From the IMG/VR virus record IMGVR_UViG_3300032268_000599, positions 6,363 to 70,362 of that record: DNA of 64,000 nt; one strand, written 5' to 3'. The notes under the pieces were generated by a model, which made no database searches, was not told the origin of the DNA, and saw nothing but the letters and a program-made list of their open reading frames with translations. Shown one piece after another: positions 39,188 to 48,936 of the stretch; the first letter of the stretch is position 1, and every line of letters starts with the position of its first letter. The DNA comes from a virus. A program made the translations under genes and the position numbers.

Positions 39188-39202
39188 TCACAAACTTAGA
39201 GG

Positions 39203-39478
39203 TTGGGATGTGGCGTGTCTGATGAAGAGGACTTCGCGGAGCGGCTTGGGCTGCTGCGCGACCATGTTGCAGAAGAAGAAATAGAAGAGATAGTCCGGTG
39301 GCAGATGACCGGAATCCTAACGAAGAAGGCTCCGATGGTTAAGCACCAGGAACAGCCGCTTTGCCACCGATGCCGTGGCGACTGGCACGGACTCCCCAAG
39401 GATGAATGCCCCGGATCCTTCACCTACCGTCACGAACTCGACCACTCTTACGACACGCCCGATAAAGACAAACAATAA
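39203..39478 (+). CDS. hypothetical protein
   Basis: CHRCRGDWHGLP..CPGS motif seen in actinophage proteins. Confidence 0.6.
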   Translation: MGCGVSDEEDFAERLGLLRDHVAEEEIEEIVRWQMTGILTKKAPMVKHQEQPLCHRCRGDWHGLPKDECPGSFTYRHELDHSYDTPDKDKQ

Positions 39479-39508
39479 ATATTACGCAATAGGGTTTAGG
39501 GTTTTTAT

Positions 39509-39739
39509 ATGCGCTCCGCAGAACGCGCCTGGTTCGCCCTAGCAATTGGCGTTTTCGCTTACGAGCTATTCGCCAAGGAGGGCGAGTTGCTTTCGCATCA
39601 GGTTGATCGCTGGCTGGAATCCCATCCCGTTATTACGTCGGCTGTTGTCACCATGACCGCGGCCCACCTACTGAACATCCTCCCCCAGAGAGCGGACCCC
39701 TGGGCGTGGATGTTCGCGTGGAGGAAACTTGTCTACTGA
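39509..39739 (+). CDS. small membrane protein
   Basis: AWFALAIGVFAYE..GELLS..HLLN. Confidence 0.7.
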   Translation: MRSAERAWFALAIGVFAYELFAKEGELLSHQVDRWLESHPVITSAVVTMTAAHLLNILPQRADPWAWMFAWRKLVY

Positions 39740-40499
39740 AATCTGGACAGTCGATATCGAAACCAGACCCAATGAGGTTTATGCCTGGGGTCTGCGGGAT
39801 CAGAACGTCGGCATCAACCAGATCATCCGCCCTGGCGGGTTGCTCATGTTCGCCGCGCACAAGCGCGGCAACAAGCATGTCGAGGCCCACGCCGAATGGG
39901 ATGGGTACGAGTCCATGGTTCGCCGGTCGCACGAAATCTACGATGCCGCTGATTACATTGTGACGTTCAATGGAGTGAGGTTCGATAACAAGCACTTGCG
40001 TGCGGCCTGGGCAGAGATCGGATTGCCGCCGCCGTCACCCTGGCGGGACATTGATCTATTCAAGACGGTCGGCAAGTTCCAATGGCCCAGCAGGAAGTTG
40101 GCCTTTGTGTGCGACAAGCTCGGCCTTGACCTCAAGACCGACCCAGGAGGGTTTAGCACATGGGATCACATCCTCCGGGGGACGGATGCACAGAAGGCAT
40201 CGGCCCAGAAGAGGATGATCCGGTACTGCAAGAACGATGTGAAGATCACGAGCCAGCTGTTCGACCGGCTGCTGCCGTGGATCGACGGCTTAAACATTCC
40301 GTTGATTTCTGGGAGCGACGAGGATGCATCGGGGGCCGCGGCTATGTGTACCAGATGCGGTGGAGTAAACGTCCACCAGAGGGGCTGGGCCTACACGACG
40401 ACGTACCGCTATAAGCGGTACTGCTGTATGGATTGCGGCGGGTGGATGAAGGACAAGAAGTGCGAGCCGGTAGTCAACGCAGACTTGAGGAACGCATGA
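39729..40499 (+). CDS. RNase H-fold 3'-5' exonuclease with C-terminal Zn ribbon
   Basis: DIET, FNGVRFD, YCKNDV, CTRCG..CMDCG. Confidence 0.88.
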   Translation: MSTEIWTVDIETRPNEVYAWGLRDQNVGINQIIRPGGLLMFAAHKRGNKHVEAHAEWDGYESMVRRSHEIYDAADYIVTFNGVRFDNKHLRAAWAEIGLPPPSPWRDIDLFKTVGKFQWPSRKLAFVCDKLGLDLKTDPGGFSTWDHILRGTDAQKASAQKRMIRYCKNDVKITSQLFDRLLPWIDGLNIPLISGSDEDASGAAAMCTRCGGVNVHQRGWAYTTTYRYKRYCCMDCGGWMKDKKCEPVVNADLRNA

Positions 40500-40630
40500 G
40501 GCACTGGAATGAACCCCTTGACGCAGAGCAGATCGCGTGGCTTCAGGAACAGTTTGAATTGGCCAAGCAGAAGATCGAGAGCGTGTGGGGTGGGCAGCCG
40601 CAGCCATGGAAACAGAACAGGCGTGAGTGA
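40496..40630 (+). CDS. small hypothetical protein
   Basis: ATGA-coupled, GAGG RBS. Confidence 0.45.
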   Translation: MRHWNEPLDAEQIAWLQEQFELAKQKIESVWGGQPQPWKQNRRE

Positions 40631-41010
40631 TGCCGAAGTTTGTTGCCACGCCAAAAAGATCAAAGGGCCGGGGTGGTAGGTTGTGGGAGAGGTCAAGGGC
40701 TACCTGCCTTTCCCGCTCTCAGATATGTTGGATCTGCGCGGGAGAGGCCGCGGACGCGGAGTATGCGCCGTTCAGCTGGGACACCATTCCGTTTGAGTCA
40801 ACGGCTATTGACTTGACTTTGGAGTGGCCGAACCCGGCGAGCGCAAGTGTCGATCACATCATTCCGATTTCCATGTTGGATCCCGACGACTCGCGGCTGT
40901 GGAAGGTGGAATACCTTCGCCCCTCCCATCTTCGGTGTAACTCCGCTCGCGGCGATGGCCGCAACGGGGACAGGATTAAGACAGTGACTAGCAGAAATTG
41001 GTTGGCATAG
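40630..41010 (+). CDS. HNH endonuclease (packaging-associated type)
   Basis: CWIC...VDHIIP...HLRCNSARG...TSRNW. Confidence 0.85.
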   Translation: MPKFVATPKRSKGRGGRLWERSRATCLSRSQICWICAGEAADAEYAPFSWDTIPFESTAIDLTLEWPNPASASVDHIIPISMLDPDDSRLWKVEYLRPSHLRCNSARGDGRNGDRIKTVTSRNWLA

Positions 41011-41012
41011 AA

Positions 41013-41306
41013 ATGGCATACGCAGAAGATGGCGACGACGGCTATAGCGTCTCTGAGGCTGGCGGGTTTCGCCTGGGAGACATGGCTACCTGGGATGGCG
41101 GCGAAGGCCGTGTTGAGCATTTGATGACAGAGGGCTGCCTGGGATTGGAGGGTAGCCAGTATTCCATCGAGGCATCCAAAGATGATCCCGCTGCGCTGCT
41201 TCGCATTTACCGCAACGGTCAGCCCACGGAGTATCTGGTGGGCAAGGCGGTCGCGGAACTGAATCCCGACAGCGGTAATAGGCTGGGCAAAAATGGCCGC
41301 AGGTAA
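41013..41306 (+). CDS. Tudor/SH3-like hypothetical protein
   Basis: GDMATW..GRVEH..ASKDDPAALLRIY. Confidence 0.6.
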   Translation: MAYAEDGDDGYSVSEAGGFRLGDMATWDGGEGRVEHLMTEGCLGLEGSQYSIEASKDDPAALLRIYRNGQPTEYLVGKAVAELNPDSGNRLGKNGRR

Positions 41307-41556
41307 AGAGGTCACGCCTAAGGACCGCCAAAACGTCAGGCAGCTTCGCCGGTACTGGGCCTACGAGGAGGGTCGGCAGAAGTGGGTCAATGCCGCCCAT
41401 CCGTACACCACACTGGTGGGGCTGCTCCGCAAGTACATCCCCAACGACGATGAACTGAAGGGATTCGCCGCGAAAGTTTTCCATGATGCCCTCGGGTTTT
41501 GGCCGGGAACTCCCCACAAGGGAAAGACCCCGACACCGGGAAGGGGGAGGGACTGA
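41293..41556 (+). CDS. conserved actinophage hypothetical protein
   Basis: LRRYW..G..KW...ALGFWPG. Confidence 0.65.
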   Translation: MAAGKEVTPKDRQNVRQLRRYWAYEEGRQKWVNAAHPYTTLVGLLRKYIPNDDELKGFAAKVFHDALGFWPGTPHKGKTPTPGRGRD

Positions 41557-41699
41557 TGTTTAAGCGCCTTGTTGCACTGGTATTGGTTTCGGGCTGCTTG
41601 TCGGCCTGTAGCTCGACAATCGAGGATGCCACGCCGGTTCCAGAGCCAAGGAAGATTGACTGCAATTTGATTTTCCCCGGATCAAGCGTGGCGCAATGA
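41556..41699 (+). CDS. small lipoprotein
   Basis: MFKRLVALVLVSGCLSAC lipobox; GGGGAGG RBS. Confidence 0.65.
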   Translation: MFKRLVALVLVSGCLSACSSTIEDATPVPEPRKIDCNLIFPGSSVAQ

Positions 41700-41848
41700 C
41701 CACGTTCTTGGAGATTGAGCGCATCGCGGAACGCTTTGGCGTTCGGGATGAGGATATTCCGGCTTTTATCACCGCTGTTGCCGAATTGGTGAACCGGAAG
41801 CCGGTCGAGGACTGGCACGGTAAGGCCACTAGCCGCGGAATTATATGA
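41696..41848 (+). CDS. small hypothetical protein
   Basis: ATGA-coupled 50-aa ORF. Confidence 0.45.
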   Translation: MTTFLEIERIAERFGVRDEDIPAFITAVAELVNRKPVEDWHGKATSRGII

Positions 41849-41892
41849 ACGGTTCCGTGTTAGAATTAGGCATTGGGAGAATGGATTGAGGA

Positions 41893-42225
41893 ATGACTGC
41901 TAATTCATACATTTGTCCCCCACCGCTGGTAAAGTTAATTCCTGTCACGCTGGGGTGCGACCGGTCATTTACTGTGCAGCGAGTAAACTCATCCGGAACT
42001 CCGGTTAACTTTGATGCCGGGACCACTTCTTATATCTTTATTGACATAAGCCGGGAGAATCCCACAAGGGTCAACGCTGTTATTTCCGGCAGTACCGCGG
42101 CCTTCACCATTAGTTCCACGGTCTGCGACTTGGTAAAGACCGGAACCCGCTGGCGGATCGTTCTTGACTTTGGGGAACTTGAGTCCCCCCTGCTGGTGGG
42201 GAGGTTTGAACGTCACGATGGCTGA
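41893..42225 (+). CDS. tail fibre adaptor-like beta-sandwich protein
   Basis: IPVTLGCDRSF...LLVGRFERHDG; GAGG RBS. Confidence 0.6.
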   Translation: MTANSYICPPPLVKLIPVTLGCDRSFTVQRVNSSGTPVNFDAGTTSYIFIDISRENPTRVNAVISGSTAAFTISSTVCDLVKTGTRWRIVLDFGELESPLLVGRFERHDG

Positions 42226-42598
42226 TAGCTACATCATCAACCAGGACGACCTGATATCGGTGACGGTTACCGATTCCGCCCCGGTGAGCGTCACCGTTAC
42301 CGACCCCGATCCGATTGAGATTGTTGGCTTCCTTGGACCCATGGGTCCGACCGGCCCAAGGGGGGCCGGTAATGAAACGGTTTCTCAGGTAATTTCTGCC
42401 AGCCTTCAGAATGGCGTTACCGCTACCTTTACCCTATCTCAGGCTGCCGATATCACGCAGGCGGTTCAGGTATTTCGCAATGGGCTGTTGGAAATACCGG
42501 TCGTCGGATTCACGGCCACCCAGAACTCTATTACCTTAACAACCCCTCCGCTGAACAGTGATGTTATAGCGGTCATCTACCAGAAAGTTGCATCGTAA
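42218..42598 (+). CDS. fibre-associated protein with short collagen-like segment
   Basis: GPMGPTGPRG; VQVFRNGLL domain. Confidence 0.65.
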   Translation: MADSYIINQDDLISVTVTDSAPVSVTVTDPDPIEIVGFLGPMGPTGPRGAGNETVSQVISASLQNGVTATFTLSQAADITQAVQVFRNGLLEIPVVGFTATQNSITLTTPPLNSDVIAVIYQKVAS

Positions 42599-43332
42599 TG
42601 GCTCAGACCCAGATTAATGGCGGCACACAGATTCGTTCTGGTTCAATTACCGCCGACCGGCTTGCCGCTGGCACCCTCGACAAGAACGCAGTTGGTCTTG
42701 GCAATGTGGATAACACTTCGGATGCCAACAAGCCGATCAGCACTGCCACGCAGACAGCCCTTGATGGCAAGCAGAATACGTCCACTTACGGCTACGCGAC
42801 ACTTGATGCGGGTGGCAAGGTTCCGGTTTCCCAGTTGCCTAGTGCAATCATGGAGTACCAGGGTGTGTGGAATGCCAGCACCAATACCCCGACCCTGGCG
42901 AATGGAACCGGTAATACCGGTGACGTGTATCGGGTTTCGGTTTCCGGCAACGCCCTGTCTCTGAGCTTTGAGGTTGGCGACTACATCATCTACAACGGCA
43001 GCGTTTGGGAGAAGAGCGACACAACCGATGCGGTTGCAAGTGTTGCGGGGCGCACCGGAGTAATCACCCTGACCACCACGGACCTGTCGGACTTCGGCAC
43101 TGCCGTCACCGGAAAATTCGTGACGCGGGAAACCCCGACCGGCGCAGTCAACGGCACTAACACGTCTTTCGTGCTCGCCAACACCCCGGTCGCTGGTTCG
43201 GAGCAGGTGTTCCTGAATGGCATTTTGCAGGAGCCGGGTGTCGGTAATGACTACACCATTTCTGGCAGTGCCATTACCTATCTTTCAGCCCCGGTTACGG
43301 GCGACAAGATTCGGGTCAGCTACGTTAAGTGA
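42598..43332 (+). CDS. tail fibre-like structural protein
   Basis: VGLGNVDNTSDANKPISTA, ATLDAGGKVPVSQLP, YQGVWNASTNTP, VASVAGRTG. Confidence 0.8.
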   Translation: MAQTQINGGTQIRSGSITADRLAAGTLDKNAVGLGNVDNTSDANKPISTATQTALDGKQNTSTYGYATLDAGGKVPVSQLPSAIMEYQGVWNASTNTPTLANGTGNTGDVYRVSVSGNALSLSFEVGDYIIYNGSVWEKSDTTDAVASVAGRTGVITLTTTDLSDFGTAVTGKFVTRETPTGAVNGTNTSFVLANTPVAGSEQVFLNGILQEPGVGNDYTISGSAITYLSAPVTGDKIRVSYVK

Positions 43333-43342
43333 GAGTTGAATA

Positions 43343-44425
43343 ATGCCTAAAACAGAAGTTTCTGGCAGTCAGATCAAGGACAGTTCTGTCGCCCTGTCGG
43401 GTGCGGCATCTCCAACGGGTAATGCTGACGTGGCCGGTGTTTTGCCAGCCGGTAACGGAGGGACGGGGCTTTCCTCACCGGGCGCAAGCGGTAACGTGCT
43501 GACCTCTGACGGTACGGGGTGGACTACTGCTGCGCCTACTGGTGGTGGTGGTGGTGGTGCAGCTAATGCCGGAGTTACTTCTGTTCCTACCGCTGCCGGT
43601 GTTACATTACTGTCGAGTTCCAGTACGGAAAACTATGTGTTTACCGGCGTAAGCACGCAAACGGTGAGGCTTCCTCCCACTGCCACTGTTGGGGCAGTAT
43701 GGACGATCATTAATCAATCGACTGGGTTGGTGACGGTTCAGTCCTCCGCAGCTGCTGCGATTGTGGTTTTGGCTGCGGGTACGTCAGCGATTTTTACTGC
43801 ACTGACTACTGCCCCTACTGCTGCGGCGAACTGGACTGCGGTATACAACGGCTCCCTGGCTGCGACTGGCAAGAAGCTGACGGTCAACAACACCTTGACA
43901 CTATCCGGCACTGATGCGACTACGATGACGTTCCCAACTACGAACGCCACTATCGCCAGAACTGATGCGGCCCAGACCTTTACGGGTGTGCAGACTTTTA
44001 ACACCCCGGTCATCAATGGTATTCCGACTGGCACTGGCGTGGCGACGGCGGCGACTGCCAACACCTTGGTTTTGCGCGGCACTGGCGGCACGGTAACCGG
44101 AACATTTATAGATTCCACCACTGCTGTAGGAACTATCGGCGCGGCGGTGACACTGGCCCTCGCGGGTACGGTGCAGACGGCCACGCTGACTTCAAATACT
44201 CCTTGTACGGTGACGATGCCTGCGGTGGCTTCTGGTGCCTCGTTTGTGTTGTATCTGCGGCAGCCTGCGACGGGTACACCGACGACGGCGACGTTCTCTG
44301 GCGTGCGGTGGGGCACTGGCGGTGCGCCGGTCATCACCAACGTGTTGGGGCGCATGGACATTTTGACGTTTTTCTCTGACGGCACCAACTGGTTCGGACA
44401 AGTGGCGCAGGGATACCAGTACTGA
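43343..44425 (+). CDS. tail fibre-like structural protein
   Basis: LPAGNGGTG, GNVLTSDGT, DILTFFSDGTNWFG. Confidence 0.8.
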   Translation: MPKTEVSGSQIKDSSVALSGAASPTGNADVAGVLPAGNGGTGLSSPGASGNVLTSDGTGWTTAAPTGGGGGGAANAGVTSVPTAAGVTLLSSSSTENYVFTGVSTQTVRLPPTATVGAVWTIINQSTGLVTVQSSAAAAIVVLAAGTSAIFTALTTAPTAAANWTAVYNGSLAATGKKLTVNNTLTLSGTDATTMTFPTTNATIARTDAAQTFTGVQTFNTPVINGIPTGTGVATAATANTLVLRGTGGTVTGTFIDSTTAVGTIGAAVTLALAGTVQTATLTSNTPCTVTMPAVASGASFVLYLRQPATGTPTTATFSGVRWGTGGAPVITNVLGRMDILTFFSDGTNWFGQVAQGYQY

Positions 44426-46257
44426 TGCCGTTAACTAAAGCCGCACTGATCGGCAAGGATAATCCGCTGCCAACATCGTCGGGTGTCACCTTTGAGTCGG
44501 TGGCGGCAGGGTCTTACGTCGGTGCCCTTGCAACGTCGTGGCAGCACGTCATCACTGCGCCTGCGAACTGCCTGCTGGTGCTGGTGGTCAGTCAGTCAAT
44601 TTCGCCACCGGCCATGTCTATCGACACGGGTCAAACATTCACCTTCCTTAATGCATTGGGGTATACGGCCTTCAGTAACATTTACTACTACCTGTACGGT
44701 CTGATGAACCCCACGGTGGGAACCCGCACAATCAGCACGTCGATTGGGGCGTTTGCCGGATATGCGGTGGGCGGCAGCAGTATTGCTTATTCCGGCGTGA
44801 CAGGCTTCGCGGCCAACGTCGCCACGTTTAACACCAGCACCGGACTGACCCTTAGCCTTCCTGCTTTTCCTGGCGGTGTGGCGGTCATGGGAACTAATGT
44901 TGGATGGACTAGCGCGGCACAAACGTCCCGTCAGAATAGCGGCTCGTTTGGGTGGCAGGAGTCCACGACGAACACCGGCAACACTAGGAGCTTCACAACT
45001 ACCTGGGGAACGTCGGAGAACCACCACGCAGTGGGTGTCGTGCTTAAAGGCCAGGTAACCCCGATCCCTTCGCCCGTATTCGTGGATACGGCGACCGGGC
45101 CGTCAGTTACCGGTGCGGGGCAACTCACATCGACGTGGAACCACACGATTGCGGAAGGAACCAACTGCCTTCTGGTGGGCGTATTTAGCAACGACCTGGC
45201 TAATAGGCCGACGGCACTGTCTATTGACTCCGGTGGCCCATTCACGGTGTTGGATCACATCCAGTACAACGCCTTCGGGGTGATCCATTACACGCTGTAC
45301 GGGCTGCTGAACCCGCCTGTCGGCACGCGCACTCTCACCACAACCTGTTTCGGTTACGGCATCCAAGGTGTCAGTGCCGCCTACAGTGGCGTGTCCGGGT
45401 TCGCGGCGACCCACGCTTCGGCGATTGGGGCGGGAACGAACATAAGCTTCGGCCTTCCTGCTTTCCCCGGTGGTGTGGCGGCTGCGTTTGTTTCAAGCGG
45501 CTGGTCAAGCCTTACCCAGACTTCGCGTTCCAATCCGGCCACTGGGCACGGCTGGCAGGAATCGCGCAACAACACTACTGTCCCTGCTGCAACAGTGAAG
45601 GGCACGGCGAATGCGGTGCTGGGAACGTCGGTGACCATCCCAGCCCATGACGTTGGCGACGAGATTGTTGTGTTCGCTTATGCCAACGGCATCAACGCCG
45701 CGCCCACACCACCAGCGGCCTCTGGCACCGTCCCGGCCTGGACCCTGATCCAGGGCGGCGGCGGCAACTCCAACGGCTCCGGTGTGTGGCGCTTCACGGC
45801 GACGGCCAACAACCACACGTCGGGGACGTGGGGAAGCTGCACCGGCCTGATCGCGGTGGTGATTGAAGGTGTCCACCCCACGACCCCGGTCGGTGGTTTC
45901 GCCCAGGCGACCGCCAACGCCAACAGTGTCTCCGGTGCCCCGGCCATTACACAGAATGTGACGGACGGGTCAAGCTGCCTGCTCTACTTCCACGGCCACC
46001 GCAGCAACGTCACCACCTTGGGTGCGCCGCCAGCCGGTTTTACCAGACGGGCCGAGGCTATTGGTTCGTCTGGAATATGCCTCAACACTAAAAACGATAC
46101 AACCTCAGACGGTGCCGCCAACCAGACCGACAACGGCAACGGTGGATACGTCGGGCAGACGGTGGAGATACGGGCGAATACCGTTTTAAGCAGAAACTTT
46201 TCGACCACCTGGGCGACAAGCGGGGGGCGCGGCGCAGTCGCCGTGGTGTTGAAATAA
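44425..46257 (+). CDS. putative receptor-binding / adhesin protein with duplicated domain
   Basis: Two homologous domains (NCLLV..LYGLxNP..PAFPGGVA..GWQES); second one interrupted by an insertion. Confidence 0.7.
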   Translation: MPLTKAALIGKDNPLPTSSGVTFESVAAGSYVGALATSWQHVITAPANCLLVLVVSQSISPPAMSIDTGQTFTFLNALGYTAFSNIYYYLYGLMNPTVGTRTISTSIGAFAGYAVGGSSIAYSGVTGFAANVATFNTSTGLTLSLPAFPGGVAVMGTNVGWTSAAQTSRQNSGSFGWQESTTNTGNTRSFTTTWGTSENHHAVGVVLKGQVTPIPSPVFVDTATGPSVTGAGQLTSTWNHTIAEGTNCLLVGVFSNDLANRPTALSIDSGGPFTVLDHIQYNAFGVIHYTLYGLLNPPVGTRTLTTTCFGYGIQGVSAAYSGVSGFAATHASAIGAGTNISFGLPAFPGGVAAAFVSSGWSSLTQTSRSNPATGHGWQESRNNTTVPAATVKGTANAVLGTSVTIPAHDVGDEIVVFAYANGINAAPTPPAASGTVPAWTLIQGGGGNSNGSGVWRFTATANNHTSGTWGSCTGLIAVVIEGVHPTTPVGGFAQATANANSVSGAPAITQNVTDGSSCLLYFHGHRSNVTTLGAPPAGFTRRAEAIGSSGICLNTKNDTTSDGAANQTDNGNGGYVGQTVEIRANTVLSRNFSTTWATSGGRGAVAVVLK

Positions 46258-46263
46258 ACCCCC

Positions 46264-46292
46264 TTGACCTATCGGTAATAGTTATGTACTCT
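46264..46292 (+). promoter_or_regulatory. SigA-like promoter
   Basis: TTGACC-N17-TACTCT. Confidence 0.65.
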
Positions 46293-46297
46293 TTCCG

Positions 46298-46565
46298 GTG
46301 GGGAAGGGTCGTTACCTAACACTGACCGTGAGGCGCAGTACCCCCCACTTGCCGCCTCCGCAAGGTAGACCCTTCCCCCTTTAAGCTGCGCCCCGGTGCC
46401 GGGTTCCGATATCAAATGCACTGCCTCACGAGGGTTTCGGGAAAGGCACTCCGCCCTGGGCGGCTGGCAGTAGTGAACGCGAGTGGACCGACCCCAGCCG
46501 AGCCGCAGCCCCAAGGGAGGACGACACCCCCATGCACTATTACAGTGTGTGGGGGTGTTGCTTTA
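46298..46565 (+). ncRNA. candidate structured ncRNA, about 265 nt
   Basis: Begins at promoter +1; ggggaagggtc/gacccttcccc stem; crossing pairings; terminal hairpin gacacccc...ggggtgttgcttt. Confidence 0.55.
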
Positions 46566-46590
46566 TGCCTAATAGTGGTACATTGCTTTT

Positions 46591-48936
46591 ATGGAGTATA
46601 TGGACGGCTTCACAGAGATGGGGGCCATGTCCCTCAACATCGTGGAAGCGGACAGGGTAATCATTGGGGTCCTTGAGGACTCTCCGGACCGGGTGGCATT
46701 GGCGCTGGGCAATGATGCGGCGGCACGGTACTACCTGATGCAGCTGCCCCCCGCTCGCGCGCGGCAGCTAGCAGCTTCCCTTCTCAATAAATCTGATTCG
46801 ATTGAGGGGGTCAGGTAATGGCCGGTCGCCGCGGCAGCAGCGAGGACATGCTGCTACAGCAGATCCCGCTCCCCGCAAAGCCGACCGACGAGCAGGTCCA
46901 TCACGCACGCCTGGTGGTGTGTTCCAACGTCGATGACGCTGCCGAAGCGGAGACATTGCTGGCCATGTTAGGGCTGCTGTGATGGGCGCTTATATCAACT
47001 ACGACAAAGAGCCTCTTGAGATTTGGGAGGAACCGTCTTACTCCGTCTATGACCCTTGGCAGGCTCAGGTGTTGGGAACATTCCCCAGCCGCGAGGAAGC
47101 GGAACTCTTTATGAAGGCCGTCCATAAGAGGGCGAAGAAGCGGTGAACGGGGTGTATCAGGCTTACGGAGATATCCGCAAGATCGCCTTGGAGCTTGCCA
47201 TTGAGTCGGCCTCTCTTTTCAGTGCCGATGCCCTCACTACCGATGCGGTGGTCGCCAGGGCTGAGTCATATTTCCTGTTCCTGATGGAGGACTCGTGAAC
47301 GACGATTTGGAAAATCCCCTCCTGAAAGTTGAGGGCACTAACTTTTCGTCCCGCCTCAAACTGGCGGTCTACTGGGTTCTGTGGGCCGTGGTCATGGCAG
47401 CCATTATCGGCTCATCGGTGGGGGCGATCCTCTGGATGTTGATGGTGTATGGGGAGCATAACTTCCGGTGAGTAGCTACGAGAAGTGCCAGATTTACCGC
47501 AGCACCGAATGGGTGATCTGGGATCCCAACAAGAAGATGCTGCATTTGTTCGATGACGGCCAGGGGGCCTTGAAGTTTTTCAACGAAGGTATGCCGGTCA
47601 CCGGCAAAGACGGGTGCTACGAAGGGACGGTAGGCGATGCGTAAATTTACTCCCGACGACGCGACGGCACTGATGGTGCTGAGTTTGTCGTTGCTCTCTG
47701 TGCTGATTTTTGTGCTGTGCGCGGTGGCGTACCTCTAATGGGGTTCAGCACGCTTGAGGCTCAGATCGCCGCGCATCAGTCATGGGCGAAAACGCCGGAT
47801 CGTTCCGCGCGTACTGCGCCTGCACGCAGGGCGATGTTGGCGCGTTTTGAGAAATTGGTAGATCCCGATGGGGTGATGCCGGAAGCTGCACGGCTGGAAA
47901 TGGCGGAATCCGCCCGGAAAGCCCACTACCGGAAAATGGCGTTGAAATCGGCCAGGGTGAGGGCGAGATGAAAGTTCATGGTTTCTATTGGCGTGACACG
48001 ATTTTGCCGAATACGGCGGTGAATGTGATAACGGTGGATGCCGACACCAAAGAGCAGGCCATGGAGACGGCTCAGATGTTATTGAGGAATGGGTGCGGTG
48101 CCGTCGAGGTGGACTGGTCGTGATCGCCATGTCCGAATTCATTGTCCGCTTGAGAATACTTCTCACCGGGCGTACCGAATGGACCGATTCCAATACCGGG
48201 GAAATTGAGGTCTGTTACGAGGATTGGGACACCAGTTGGGCGATTGCCGGTATTCATTCCCATAATTGGTGGTGGGTGCGCAAATACGGGCAATTGGACT
48301 GCGGATGCACCATCAACCCGATCACTCGCCGCCGCGTGCTGACGCTGTGGGGGTGTCATACGCATTGCGACAAGGACGACTGGTTGGACGACGAAGTGCG
48401 TGATTGGGAGCAATGGGGATGAGCGAGGTAGTGCCGGTGGATTGGGATACGACCGGGAATCCGGTGAAATGGCTGGCTTTTTCCCAAACCCATGAGGAGA
48501 ATGAGACGTGCGCTCAGGCGTGCGTGATTCACAATCGCACTGACCACCATATGAGGTACTGGCCGCTGAATTGGCGTGGTGATCGAGGAATTTTTGAGCG
48601 TATCTGCGATTGCGGTATCGGCCATCCCGATCCGGACCAGGGGCCGTATTGGAGTTACAGCGGACAGGATTGGCAGTGGGTTCATGGCTGCTGCGGGTGT
48701 TGCGGTAATCCGGTTCCGGCTTTCAAGCCGCGCACAGCGGAAAAGTTGGGTCTGACCGGGGATGGACAATGACGCTGCACGATGCGATCACGTTCGCTAT
48801 CCGCGACAACTTTTCGCCCCGGATGTGGGCCGATGCCGACGATATGGCCGCTCTTGTTATCCGTACCGTCGCGCAGTACCGCAAGTCGGTCAGTGAGGAC
48901 GAGTTCCTTGACGAAATTCTGGCCGCGGAGGACTAG
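46591..48936 (+). CDS. array of 12 small translationally coupled ORFs (46591-46818, 46818-46982, 46982-47146, 47143-47298, 47295-47471, 47468-47644, 47637-47738, 47738-47971, 47968-48123, 48120-48422, 48419-48772, 48769-48936)
   Basis: Continuous stop/start overlaps (ATGA, GTGA, TAATG, TGATG); two ORFs have TM helices. Confidence 0.65.
47738..47971 (+). CDS. conserved actinobacterial prophage protein
   Basis: IAAHQSWAKTPDRSARTAPAR..FEKLVDPDG..ARKAHY motif. Confidence 0.75.
   Translation: MGFSTLEAQIAAHQSWAKTPDRSARTAPARRAMLARFEKLVDPDGVMPEAARLEMAESARKAHYRKMALKSARVRAR

Noticed and set aside
44425-46257. Diversity-generating retroelement TR/VR pair
   Set aside because: Repeats differ at all base types, not just adenines, and no reverse transcriptase is in the window
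46400-46480. Separate tmRNA tag-coding piece complementing the mini-tmRNA
   Set aside because: No frame gives a short peptide ending in an ssrA-like (Y/F)ALAA-stop, and no complementarity to the mini-tmRNA was seen
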